Shown: positions 35,935 through 47,685 of the stretch, piece by piece
How the letters are laid out: the number at the start of each line of letters is the position of its first letter
How positions within the stretch are numbered: the first letter of the stretch is position 1
Origin: Octopus bimaculoides
Taxonomy: Eukaryota
NCBI RefSeq assembly: GCF_001194135.2
Contig: NC_069007.1
Location: forward strand, 20,858,418-20,922,417
Length of the DNA stretch: 64,000 nucleotides
Direction: 5' to 3'
The notes under the pieces: generated by a model
Told to the model about the DNA's origin: nothing
Database searches by the model: none
The model's input: only the letters and a program-made list of their open reading frames with translations
Made by a program: the position numbers and the translations under genes

Positions 35935-36125
35935 ATGAAGAGGCACGTGGCTTAGTGGTTAGGGATGTTGGACTCTTGATCGTAAGGTTATGGTTTTGAT
36001 TCCTGGACCGGGTGACACGTTGCATATTTGAGCAAAACACTTCATTTCATGTTGCTCCAGTCCACTCAGCTGGCAAAAATGAGTAATCCTACAGTGGACC
36101 GGCATCCAGTCCAGGTGGGGAATCT
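35935..36125 (+). mobile_element. tRNA-derived SINE family B; other fragments at about 10620-10690, 10980-11075, 25935-26020 and 42640-42800
   Basis: A-box GTGGCTTAGTGGTTAG, B-box-like TTTGATTCC, body TTGCTCCAGTCCACTCAGCTGGCAAAAATGAG. Confidence 0.8.
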
Positions 36126-37689
36126 ACATGGCTGAGAAATGGAGCCGCAAATGCAGAATATAAGTTAGTCCTACAGCGAAAAATGTTCCTGAAGGTCAGC
36201 AATGGTCTTCCTAAGTCACGAGTGGACAGCCATCATCATATATATGTGCGTATATATGTATATATAGATGTGTGTGTGTGTGTATTAGCGTGTGGAAGAT
36301 TTAAGCGTCTTCCGTCTTGTCCAAATCTCGGGGATTTTGGCTTCGAAAATCTTCAGTCTCTTTCAACCTTTCACGGTGATTAGAGGCTAGGGAATGTGTG
36401 CACCAGGGGATGTACCCAGGCAGTTGAAGTGAGAGTCATCTTCACCTTGTTTTCAGTGTTTGTGGGGGGATGTTTTATGCACCTTTAAGTTCTTAAACAC
36501 CCAATGTAACGTGCTGGTTGGTCGTATAACATAGTTACAAGGTGTACGGTAGTTTCACTGTAACCGTATGAACTTTTAGCCAGGCGATTCCAGTACAGGA
36601 AACCTGGGGGGCCCAACCAGAAACATTCCTCACTCTTCGTACATTTCCGCAAAATAATTTGTCTTGAAGAATTCTGTGACAATAAATGGAAGTAACAATA
36701 GCGTTAAATAATCAAAACGAGGAACACGAAATAATTGTCATTTAACATATAATTTATGCGTATGTCAACAATATAACTATGGACATGGTGAATATTTTAA
36801 TAAAGATTTGGTTTGTTGCTTTCAAAACGTTTGCGCTTCTTCTCAAGTTACTTCTATAATACTGGACCCTAGCAGCGGGAAATTTAGACAGTGTCACGTG
36901 ACAACTTGCTGGGGGTAGCCTGCTGGAGCCTAGCAGCAGGTATAAAAAAGGGGAATTTGACAAGGCAGTCAGTCGGAAGCTGACACTCGTTGATGCTACT
37001 TCGAAGAGGCCAGGGAATAGAAGAAAGAAGACATGCACCCAGCACCAGAGCTGAAGACACCTCCGAAGGGGGGGGGGGGCTGCCACGTCAAAACGGCAGA
37101 GGAGTAGGGGCCGAAACCGGACGTGGTTCCTCCTGATGATGTCTTGAGCTAACTGGATCCTATAAAGGAGCTGTTGTGGTAGAAGACCACGAAACATGGT
37201 TAAAATTCCTGTATTATTCATTCAGTGAACATGGTGAGCATTTGGCGGAGGTAAAGAATACGTACTTCACCTGTTTTCGGCAGAACAAAAACCCAAACCC
37301 CAAACACCAGGTGTACGTATTTACTTTCGCCGAGCTTTTTAATAAAAAATACAAGTTTTGCAATTAAACTGTTTGAGCATTTCAGATAATTGTAACAAAG
37401 CAACATTTATTCTTCATTCGATGTTCGATATACTGCATATGTAGGGTGAGTACTTTCATTAAAAATGTTTGTTGCTCAAAATTGGTGAGAAACACAAGAG
37501 AATCAAATCTGCTCGTCTTTTTAATGGGAAGTTTGGTATAATCGGAACGGGAATTAGCTGCTATGTCTAGCGGGTGAAGCAATCCTATTGAGGTTCCATC
37601 GTTAAGCAATATTTTACTGGATGATAGTTTTTCTTTTTTAATCAATGTTGGATACAGTGGAACAGAGTAAATTGATAAAATTGATGATT

Positions 37690-37775
37690 CTGAAGGTGTT
37701 AAATTATGTTAGGGAACTTTTATTTATGACACCGGTGTCAGTGACAAGAGGAAAATATTTCGAACAACACCGTTG
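37690..37775 (+). promoter_or_regulatory. MEDV upstream cassette (ZF11)
   Basis: TTAAATTATGTTAGGGAAC..ACACCGGT..AGAGGAAAA..CAACACCGT. Confidence 0.65.
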
Positions 37776-37893
37776 ATTAGGAACCTTTATTATTTGGTTC
37801 GATTAATTTAATTATAATTAATAAACAACTAAACCACAGCAACTAAGACATGAAACTGAAACATAAGAGATTATAGTAATCGGGTGAATTAAC

Positions 37894-38949
37894 ATGGATC
37901 GCGTTAATCACCTGAACACTTCTAACGATGTTGGTTCAGTAATAGAAGCACACAATGGTAAGAAAGCTTTATGTAATGAAACATTTACTAAACAAAGATC
38001 AACGCGTAAAAATATTACTGAATACAGCTGTGAAATTTGTAAGAAGACTTTCTCTTCGGAGCATAAATTATTCGCGCACAAAGACACACACAAGAAGGGG
38101 AACCCCCTCGAGTGTGAAATGTGTAAGAAATCGTTTGTCTCCAAAATTAAATTAACAAGACACAAGAAAATACACGTCTGCGATAAACCGTTTCAGTGTC
38201 AGATCTGTGAGAAATCTTTCTTTCAGAATGCAGAACTCGTTATCCATGTACGTAGTCATACTGGAGAGAAACCATTCCATTGTCAAACATGTGGGAAAAC
38301 ATTCGTCAGTGGTCTTGTGTTAAGAAGACATATGAAAATACATACAGGAATAAAACCGTTTCGGTGCGAAATATGTGGGGAGTCTTTCGTTCGTAATCCG
38401 AATCTTCTGATCCACATACGTAGTCACACTGGAGAGAAACCCTATCATTGTGATATTTGTGAAAAATCCTTCGTTTCCAGAAGTAATTTGGCGATACACA
38501 AACGACGGCATACTGGCGAAAAACTATTTCACTGTGAAATATGTGGTAAATCGTTTGTCACTAATGGCGAATTAACAAAACACAACAGAACACATACTGG
38601 AGAAAACCCTTTTCAGTGTGACATTTGTGGGGAATCGTTTCTTGACAGTAGTAACTTAACAACTCATAAACGAATCCATACTGGAGAGAGACCTTTTCCC
38701 TGTGAAATATGTGGGAAATCTTTCACCCAGAATTCCCATCTTGCAGTTCACAGAAGAATGCACACTGGAGAAAAGCCTTTTCATTGTGAAACTTGTGGGA
38801 AATCTTTTGTGTCCAACAGTGATTTAACAACTCATAAAAGGATTCATACTGGAGAGAAACCTTTTCATTGTGAAATATGTGGCAAATCTTTCAGACAGAA
38901 TTCTAGTCTTGTTGTTCACAAAAGAATACACACTGGGGAAAAAGTTTGA
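37894..38949 (+). CDS. ZF11: C2H2 zinc-finger protein, 11 fingers (MEDV family)
   Basis: ORF MDRVNHLNTSN... Confidence 0.93.
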   Translation: MDRVNHLNTSNDVGSVIEAHNGKKALCNETFTKQRSTRKNITEYSCEICKKTFSSEHKLFAHKDTHKKGNPLECEMCKKSFVSKIKLTRHKKIHVCDKPFQCQICEKSFFQNAELVIHVRSHTGEKPFHCQTCGKTFVSGLVLRRHMKIHTGIKPFRCEICGESFVRNPNLLIHIRSHTGEKPYHCDICEKSFVSRSNLAIHKRRHTGEKLFHCEICGKSFVTNGELTKHNRTHTGENPFQCDICGESFLDSSNLTTHKRIHTGERPFPCEICGKSFTQNSHLAVHRRMHTGEKPFHCETCGKSFVSNSDLTTHKRIHTGEKPFHCEICGKSFRQNSSLVVHKRIHTGEKV

Positions 38950-39691
38950 TTATGAAATATAGCAGGAATCTTCCTTTCATTTGTGTAATTGCATAAAAAC
39001 TCCTACATTGTGAAATCTTTTGTCTCGAAAGGGATATCGCATGTCACAACTGCCTCCTCCCCACCAAAAGAAACATAACTGACACATCATCATCATTTGA
39101 TGTCTGTTTTCCATCCTGGCATGGATTGGATGGCTTGACAGGATCTTTCAAGGCCAGGGGCCACACCAGATTCCATAGTCTGTTTTTTGGTTGCCTTCTA
39201 CAGTTGGATGCCCTTCACGATGCCAATCACTTTACAGCGTGTACTGGGTGCTTTTTATGCAGCTCTATCACCAATGCTTTTTATGTGGCACCATTTCCAG
39301 TGGTTTTACATGGCACCAGCACCAGTGCTTTTAATGTGGCACCTGCACCCAAGAGAAAAATTCATTCAGTGTAAAATATGTTCTTGAGCAAAAATAAAAA
39401 AATAGTTGCCTGTACAGCTCAAGAATAACAATTGCAGGCAAAACTAATGGACAAAATCTGCTGCATCTTATTTTTCTGTGTTCATTACCATGTTACTAAG
39501 AATCTGCTTGAGAGGACATTTGACCTATTTCCTGTAATAGTAGGAATTTGGTGTAATGGAATTCAAAGTGACCCTCAAACTGCATATAAGGTGTTGCAAT
39601 CTTTATAAAATCAAAAAACTGAACTGTCACAAAATCTTGTTTTTGAGAAATAATTCTGATATTATTGTGTAAACTACTACATTTGCCAGCG

Positions 39692-39915
39692 TATGTGAGG
39701 AAGTACTGAAAAGTTCCTTGCTTTAATGGTATCACGAAAGGCCTGGTTGGAGGCTCAACCTTTCAAGTTCTTTTACAGGGCATAAAGAAACTGAAGAACC
39801 TCTAATATGTGTGTAAACCTAAGCGAAGAATATGGTGAATAAAATTGTAATTAACTGAATCTTCTCCATTTTCTTTTACCCAAACCCAGGAACTTTTTAG
39901 CACCCCCCCCTCATA
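39692..39915. mobile_element. Mariner-type MITE or deleted element
   Basis: Inverted ends TGAGG..TACTGAAAAGTTCC / GGAACTTTTTAGCACCCC..TCA with TA flanks; partial copy at about 49735-49790. Confidence 0.6.
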
Positions 39916-40096
39916 TGATGCATGTTTTACAGGGATATTTTGTGGAAGAAATATAATTAATGTTTGGTCATACACCCATTGAAGGATACTTCGATGTGCT
40001 TTTGTTGGGGGGAAATGTCTGATTCTATGCATGTAAATACAATATTATGACTATTACAGGAATAAAAAATGAAACCATAAATTTATCAAATAAACT

Positions 40097-40149
40097 ATGT
40101 TATAGGAGTACCATGTTATAGGAGTACCATGTTGTAGGAGTACCATGTT
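40097..40149 (+). repeat. 16-bp tandem repeat, 3.3 copies
   Basis: ATGTT(A/G)TAGGAGTACC. Confidence 0.95.
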
Positions 40150-40227
40150 TCAACTTTATCTTCTTTCAACTCAACTCTATAATTGTTTATATTAACAGGG
40201 GCAATAAACACTGAAGATGTTCAGAAA

Positions 40228-40395
40228 ACAGATTCCATCTCATGCCAGGGGAAGAAACTAGAAGTAGTTGATAGCTTCCGCTACCTAGGTGACCAAGTCT
40301 GTAGTGGGGGGTGGATGTTCTAAGAGCATTGCCACTAGAATAAGAATAGCCTGGGGAAAGTTCAGAAAACTCCTACCTCTGTTGGTAACAAAGAG
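40228..40395 (+). mobile_element. RTE-clade LINE reverse-transcriptase fragment
   Basis: Translates KLEVVDSFRYLGDQVCSGGGCSKSIATRIRIAWGKFRKLLPLL. Confidence 0.8.
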
Positions 40396-40890
40396 AAGTG
40401 GGTGTGCTTACACTGTAAAACCAGGAAAAAAAAAAAAGGCACGATCAGGCTCAAACTTCAACCACCGAGGACAACTCTGCCTTTCATCCTTTCAGGGTCA
40501 ATAAATTAAGTACCAGTGTCAATTTACTCCCCCTCCCCCACCCCCACAAAAAAACTTCTGGTCTTATACCAAAATTAATAAGAATTTTTATTGTTACATT
40601 TTATTATTGAAGAACATGTTGGAATTTGTTAGCACAGCGGGCAAAACGATTTGAGGTATTTCTTTCTGGTTTTTACGTTCTGAGTTCAAATTCTGATGAA
40701 GTTGATTTTTGCTTTTCATCCTTTCGAGGTCAATAAAATAATTTCGGCCTTTTGGCTAAGATCAAAGTGTAGTCAAGTTCTAGGATCAATGCAATCGACT
40801 GGTCAGCTCTCCTCAAAATTGCTGGTCTTGAAACCACTATACGGACAGAAGGGAGTGGTAGAATACAAAATTAGATTTGCACAAGATTTC

Positions 40891-41973
40891 TCACATTTCG
40901 CATTTAAAAGTCTCTCCTCCAATATGTATTTCTTTGTGTCTTTTTAAGCGACTGCTAGTGATAAAAGATTTTCCACAAATATCACAATGATAAGGCTTTT
41001 CTCCAGTATGTATTGTTTTGTGAACTGCAAGATGGGAATTTTGAGTGAAAGATTTCCCACATATTTCACAGTGGAAAGGTTTCTCTCCAGTATGGATTCG
41101 TTTATGTGTTGTTAAATTACTACTGTCCATAAAACATTCGCCACACGTATCACAGTGAAACGGATTTTCTCCAGTGTGAATTCTTTTGTGTTTCGTTAAA
41201 TCACCATTGGTGACAAAAGACTTTCCACATACTTCACAGTGAAACGGTTTTTCTCCCGTATGTATTTTTTCGTGTCTTACTAAATTACTTTTAGAGACGA
41301 AAGACTTGTCACATGTTCCACAATGATAAGGTTTCTCTCCGGTATGACTACGTATATGGACAACAAGACTCGAGTACTGAATGAAAGATTCCCCACATAT
41401 TTCACAGTGGCGCGGTTTTTCTCCAGTATGTATCCTTTTGTGACTTACTAAATAACTATTGTGCACAAAAGATTTTCCACAGACATCGCAGCGAAAGGGT
41501 TTCTCTCCAGTATGTATAATTTTATGCGTTGTTAAGTGACCATTTGTGATAAAAGATTTCCCACACATTTCACAGTGATATGGTTTTTCTCCAGTGTGAC
41601 TACGTACGTGAATTACAAGGTGAGAATTACTTATGAAAGATTTACCACATATTTTGCAGTGATACCGTTTTCCTCCGCTGTGACTACGTTTGTGTCTTGC
41701 TAATTGACTCTCAGAGACGAAGGATCTCCCACATATTTCACAGTAAGGTTTTTCTGGCTTGTGTACGTTACTATGTGTAAATAATTCATAGTCAGAAGGG
41801 AATGCTTTCTTACAGATGTCACAGCTATAGTTTGTAATATTTCTACGTAATGATCTTTGTTCAGTAAATGTTTCGTTATATAAAGCTTTCTTACCATTGA
41901 ATGTCTGTGTGATTGAATCTATATCGTTAAAAACAGTTGTATTAGAAGTATCCAACTGATTAACGTCTTCCAT
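40891..41973 (-). CDS. ZF12: C2H2 zinc-finger protein, 11 fingers (MEDV family)
   Basis: ORF MEDVNQLDTSN...; ends CEM*. Confidence 0.93.
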   Translation of the reverse strand: MEDVNQLDTSNTTVFNDIDSITQTFNGKKALYNETFTEQRSLRRNITNYSCDICKKAFPSDYELFTHSNVHKPEKPYCEICGRSFVSESQLARHKRSHSGGKRYHCKICGKSFISNSHLVIHVRSHTGEKPYHCEMCGKSFITNGHLTTHKIIHTGEKPFRCDVCGKSFVHNSYLVSHKRIHTGEKPRHCEICGESFIQYSSLVVHIRSHTGEKPYHCGTCDKSFVSKSNLVRHEKIHTGEKPFHCEVCGKSFVTNGDLTKHKRIHTGENPFHCDTCGECFMDSSNLTTHKRIHTGEKPFHCEICGKSFTQNSHLAVHKTIHTGEKPYHCDICGKSFITSSRLKRHKEIHIGGETFKCEM

Positions 41974-42119
41974 GTTAATTAACCAGGAATACTTACAATC
42001 TGTAGAAATGCCTGTGAGTATAATCTATTATGGTTCAATTTCTTGCCTTAAATATCATAGGAATTCGTTTGTTTAAATGATATAATTAATTTCTTTGGAC
42101 TAATTACAAAGATACTAAA

Positions 42120-42205
42120 GCGGCGGTGACGTTGAAAATTTTCCCTCGCCTTAACAACACCGGTGATAGAAAAGAAGGATCCCTAACACAATTTAATACA
42201 TTCAC
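42120..42205 (-). promoter_or_regulatory. MEDV upstream cassette (ZF12)
   Basis: Sense strand: TTAAATTGTGTTAGGGA..TCACCGGT..AGGGAAAA..CGTCACCGCC. Confidence 0.65.
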
Positions 42206-43080
42206 AAACGTATTGTATGTAACCCACGGTAAATATATAAATTAAAAACAGCACCCAGAAAAAATTCAAAATAGCTACCACATATCAATGAATGAAATTC
42301 AACGTGATTGTTTGATGTCTTAGAAACAGTAGTCAAATCACCCTCGAATCACAGCCTACTAAAAAGTGAAGACCTCCTTTGACAGTGGTGGTAGTTCGAG
42401 ACAAAAATAAATAAATAAAATGGACTGTCGCAGAAAAAACTCTATAATTATAGATCAATTCGATCAGGATCTAAAGAACTATTCTCTGATTTATATTTCG
42501 TTCAAAACGAACTATCATTAACGGAATATCTATACAAGTGTGCAGACCACCACCGACTTTGTTTCGTCATAACTTTCAGAGGATGGGAATTTTTTAATGT
42601 AATTCTCTACAAGTATCTTGTAAAAAAATGGTGGGAATAGAAAACACTTCATTTCACGTTGCCCCAGTCCTCCTTCGATCAGTGGGGAATGTTAGCCTGC
42701 TCGCCTCGCTAGCAGAGTGGCGTCGTTTGAAGGTTAAAACAACGCAAAAGCACATTGTGACCAGCGATGTGCAATAACATCTGACAGCCTGGTCGGACAC
42801 ATAATAACGTGATGTGGGTGTGTGATCCGACCACCAGCACCATCACTTGACAACCGGTGCTGGTTTGTTTACTCGTAACTTAGCATACCGTATCTGACTT
42901 TGAAGAAAACTATGTCGATTTGTTCGACTGACATACTTCAAAGCAGTAGACCAATATGGTTGCAGTTCAATAACTGAATCAACTAAAACAATGCTTATAA
43001 CTATAACCAAATCAATAACGGCGAAATCGATCATTCATAAAGATACTCCTCACTCTTCCTTCCACGTTACTGCATGTCTT

Positions 43081-43303
43081 GTCACCTGACCAAAACTAAC
43101 CAATGAAAAACGTATACTTCGACTTCCGCCGGTACTTAAATTCTTCCATTCATTATTTTGTCTTTTAAAGGTTCTGAAGACGACGAGAAAATACGAGTAA
43201 CGGATTTAGCTGTATACATCATATTGATTTCAATTACAGATTAGGATTGTACTACAGATATAGTCCATACTGAACATTGATGTATGTATATATACTATAG
43301 CAG
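43081..43303 (+). promoter_or_regulatory. Putative ZF13 promoter and exon 1
   Basis: GTCACCTGAC (43081-43090), CCAAT (43100), ACTTCCG (43122-43128), donor CAG|GTAATG at 43303/43304; acceptor TTTCAG ends at 44137. Confidence 0.5.
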
Positions 43304-44571
43304 GTAATGTTATACGTTTGAATACTAATTTACGACTTATAGTAAAATTCATATGCAATCATGAACTTGGTGTATATTTCATAGCATCAAATGATTCTAA
43401 GTAAACTTTAGTCATTGCTCTTCTTTTATACAATGCTTAGAAATTTGTGTATGGCAGGCGTCAAGGATCATTATTACGCGCTTTAGAGTAATTCGACTGT
43501 ATGTGAAGTTTGGAAACAGGAACATGAAAAACCTACGTGGAGAAAACGAAACGAATTATGTGAATCTACAGAACATGTTTCTTTTGTACCTGCACGAAGA
43601 CGATGTAGAGAACCGCATTTGCCATTACAATCTTATATATTGTAACAATGTCTTTAATTTAAAGCTGTTCACTACGTGCAATTTTAATTATATTTAACAA
43701 TCAGTCGTTTTTTTGGAGGAAGGTGGTGGTCAATTGAAGTAAAATTGTCAAAAGTTTGATTTTGTAGTAAAAGTAAAAAAATATTTTTGTCTTTATAGTT
43801 AAGGAAAATTTTTAGAATTCCATAGCATTCAATGGTGCGTTTCTTTCCTTTATTTATTTATTTTATTTTAAATTTAATTTTCAGAAATAATATATGTTCT
43901 TTTGCAGCGTACGAACATTTCGTTGTTTGCATCTCATTGTAGGTGGGGTCGATGTAATCGACTTCATCTCTTTGTCTGTCCTCTCTATGTTTAGCCCTCC
44001 GTGGGCAATAAATAAATAAATATGAGTTTGTGATATAGTTTGTTCTAAAAGAACATCAACGTTTAAGTGGAGATAAATATTACCTCTCAGCGTCAATGCT
44101 GTCTCTGCCACTAATAGTGTTTTCTCTCTGATTTCAGAATAACAGACAACATTGCCATTAAAGAATGTTTAACTTCAGATGCGTCTTCAAAATCATCTTT
44201 TAAAGAATAAGAGAATGTCTGTATAGACCTGGAGTAGAACCAATGTGGAATATTTCCTCTGGACTGAGATTTTTAGCAGGATTTGTGTTTCACATTCAGA
44301 AGTGTGTACAAGAAAATTTTTGCAGTCTAATTTAACTTGGCCAAATTTACGAAAGACTTTTGCGTCATCTTTAGCTGCTGACAACTGTTACAATTGATGG
44401 AATTGTAGTAGTAGAAATATTTGAGAATAAAATATAAAAATAAAAAAAAAAACAACAACATTCATATATTGTTTTGAGAGAAGAAAAGCTCTCCCAAATG
44501 ACAGTGAGAACAAGTTTAAGTGTAGAACAAAGCTTTATAAGATTGATCTTCTTGATGCGATCCTAAAAGAG

Positions 44572-46011
44572 ATGGGGAAAGTCATGTACCACTGTGATAT
44601 CTGTAAAACCTCATTCTCCCAGAAATCTAATCTAACCACTCACAAACGTGTTCATACTGGAGAAAAACCATATCACTGTGATATCTGTGGCAAATCATTC
44701 TCTCAAAGAAGTCACTTAACTACTCACAAACGTACTCACACTGGAGAGAAAGCATATCATTGTAACGTTTGTGGTAAGTCATTCGCTCAGAATGGTGACT
44801 TAACCACTCACAAGCGTATTCATACAGGAGAAAAACCATATCATTGTGATATCTGTGGTAAGTCATTGTCACGAAATCATAGCTTAACTAAACATAAACG
44901 TATTCATACTGGAGAGAAACCATATGACTGTGATATCTGTGGTAAATCATTCTCTGAAAGAAGTGCCTTAACTACACACAAACGCATTCATACAGGAGAA
45001 AAACCATATCAATGTCATATCTGTGGTAATTCATTCTCACAAAAATCTACCTTAACTAAACATAGACGCTTTCATACAAAAGAGCAGCCATATCATTGTG
45101 ATATCTGTAATAAAACATTTTCTTCGAGAAGTAATTTAACTACTCACAAACGTGTTCATACAGGAGAGAAACCATATTGCTGTGATGTATGTGGAAAATC
45201 ATTCTCTGTAAAAAGTCACCTAACTGTTCACAGATACATTCATACAGAAGAGAAACCATATCACTGTGATATTTGTGGTAAATCATTTTCTCAAAGTGGT
45301 AACCTAACTAGCCATAAGCATATTCATACAGGTGAGAAACCACACAACTGTGATATCTGTGGTAAATCATTCTCTGTGACAAGTCATTTGACTACTCATA
45401 AACGTTTTCATACTGGAGAGAAGCCATATCAGTGCGATATCTGTGGTAAGCCATTTTCACAGAAATCTAATTTAACTAAACACAGACGGTTTCATACAGG
45501 AGAGAGGCCATATCGCTGTGATGTGTGTGGTAAATCATTCTCTGGAAGTGGTGACTTAACTAAACACAAGCGCTTTCACACAGGAGAAAAACCTTATCGC
45601 TGCAATATTTGTGGGAAATCCTTCTCTGGAAGTGGTGTCTTAACTACACACAAACGCATTCATACAGGAGAGAAACCATACGGTTGTGATATTTGTGGTA
45701 AATCATTCTCTCAAACAAGTCACTTAAGAATTCACAAACATGTTCATACAGGAGATAAACCATATTACTGTGATGCCTGTGGTAAGACATTTTCTTTAAG
45801 AAGCCACTTAACTAAACACAAACGTATTCATACTGGAGAGAAACCATATCACTGTGATATCTGTGGTAAATCATTCTCTGAAGGAAGTACCTTAACTAAA
45901 CACAAGCGTATTCATACAGGAGAGAAACCATATCAGTGTGATATCTGTGGTAAATCCTTCACTTCAGGAAGTAACTTGACAACTCACAAACACATTCATA
46001 CAGGCCGATAG
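44572..46011 (+). CDS. ZF13: C2H2 zinc-finger protein, 17 fingers (CD family)
   Basis: [14 protein letters not shown]...; essentially fingers only. Confidence 0.93.
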   Translation: MGKVMYHCDICKTSFSQKSNLTTHKRVHTGEKPYHCDICGKSFSQRSHLTTHKRTHTGEKAYHCNVCGKSFAQNGDLTTHKRIHTGEKPYHCDICGKSLSRNHSLTKHKRIHTGEKPYDCDICGKSFSERSALTTHKRIHTGEKPYQCHICGNSFSQKSTLTKHRRFHTKEQPYHCDICNKTFSSRSNLTTHKRVHTGEKPYCCDVCGKSFSVKSHLTVHRYIHTEEKPYHCDICGKSFSQSGNLTSHKHIHTGEKPHNCDICGKSFSVTSHLTTHKRFHTGEKPYQCDICGKPFSQKSNLTKHRRFHTGERPYRCDVCGKSFSGSGDLTKHKRFHTGEKPYRCNICGKSFSGSGVLTTHKRIHTGEKPYGCDICGKSFSQTSHLRIHKHVHTGDKPYYCDACGKTFSLRSHLTKHKRIHTGEKPYHCDICGKSFSEGSTLTKHKRIHTGEKPYQCDICGKSFTSGSNLTTHKHIHTGR

Positions 46012-47685
46012 CTTAACTCTACACAAATGTATTGTGTTAGGAGCAATGTTACATAACATTTTTGTAAAATCAATCTCCCATAAAAATAAAAAAAACAGAA
46101 TTCCTGTTAAATACATGGATGAGTAGCCATATCAGAGTTCAGAGTTTCTCTGTGAGAAAAAGGCTTATATAAATGATAAATGTATCATTGGAAATATAAC
46201 CATGTGATTGCAAACCCATTTTATATAACCACAGCTATATTACATTTGCAACACGATTTGCTACTGTGATCATCATCATCATCATCATCATTTTAAAATC
46301 CACGTTTTGATGCTTGCATGTGTCAAATGGAATTCATTGAGGCAGGTTTTCAATGGCTGGATACTCTTCCTGTCACCAACTTTCACTTGTCTGTAAGTAA
46401 GGGAATATTTCCCCATGGTGGTCATATCTTCAATGAATATTGGAAATGAATAGTACCATTCATATGACTGGCACTCATTTACAACTATCACACGATATTA
46501 AGACAAGGAGGCACACACACACACACACACATTATATATGAAGGACGTCTTTCAGTTTCTCTCTACTTAATCCAGTCACAGGGCTTGGTTGGCCTGTGGC
46601 TACAGTGGAAGACGAATACCACTTCAAAGTGCCATGCAGAAGGACTGAAACTGAAAACCGAGTGTTGGGAAGCCAACTTAACCGCACAGCCATGCCTGTC
46701 CCTGTTATTCTTGATAAAAACATTCTTTCAGAATATTACTACAGAAGGACTATGTAGCATATTTTCAGATGGAAGGGAAGAGACTATCGGTTCATTGGAC
46801 ATTGAGAGTAAATAACTGCTCTGAACAAATGATCATCATCAGCTTTATTTTGTATCCGAGAGTTTAATTTCTTCTTTGCTTCTCTCATTCGTTTGTGGTG
46901 ATGGCGTTGATGACTCTAGACTGATTCTTGCATAGAAGAGTCATTGGTATTGGTTGCATGGCAATGTTGATGGAAGATGAGGTTGATTTTTGTTGCCTCT
47001 TTCTCTTCTGATGGCTCCAAAGATTTCGGTTCTGATGGTGATGAAACACCACCACTTGGTATGCTCTCAGGCTTGTGTTTCAAACCATAAACCCTGATTC
47101 TTCAATAAAATTGGTTTACTCTTAAATTATTCTACTGTTATTTAATATATCTGTAGTGGATCTTGTATGCATGAAGTGGATTCAATCCACCATAGTGTTA
47201 ATTTAAATTAACACTGCAACAGAACTTTTCCCACGGTGGAACAATAGTTTTTCTCTGACAGCAGTTTCGCATTTTCCAGATGCCTTATCAGGGGAAAAAT
47301 CCAGGTGGAATATTGAAGAATAATGGGGTGATCAAAACGGGACAACGGATGTAAAACAAACAAAGTAAGGGGTTAATTTAGTTAAGTTTTATTTGTTAAA
47401 TGCTGTTGTTTGGAATTTTCTGCAGAAAATAGTCTGTGATGGTGAGTGGGGTGGCACTAGGATTGTGGCTTTAAAACCAAGGGGGCAGCAGCCTGAAAAA
47501 GCTTGGGAAGCACTGCTATAAAGTATACCATATACAGCAGTATATAGTTATTGGATACACCAATTTTACTTATTAAGTGCATTCCTGGAAGCTATTGTTT
47601 TCATCTTATATCTCATACACAAAATGTAGCAACAAAAATCAGTGCTGGCCACAATTTCTAGAGAATATCTGTAGAGATAACCTTA

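Noticed and set aside
36754-37221. 155-aa minus-strand ORF
   Set aside because: Low-complexity reading of a GC-rich repeat; no motif.
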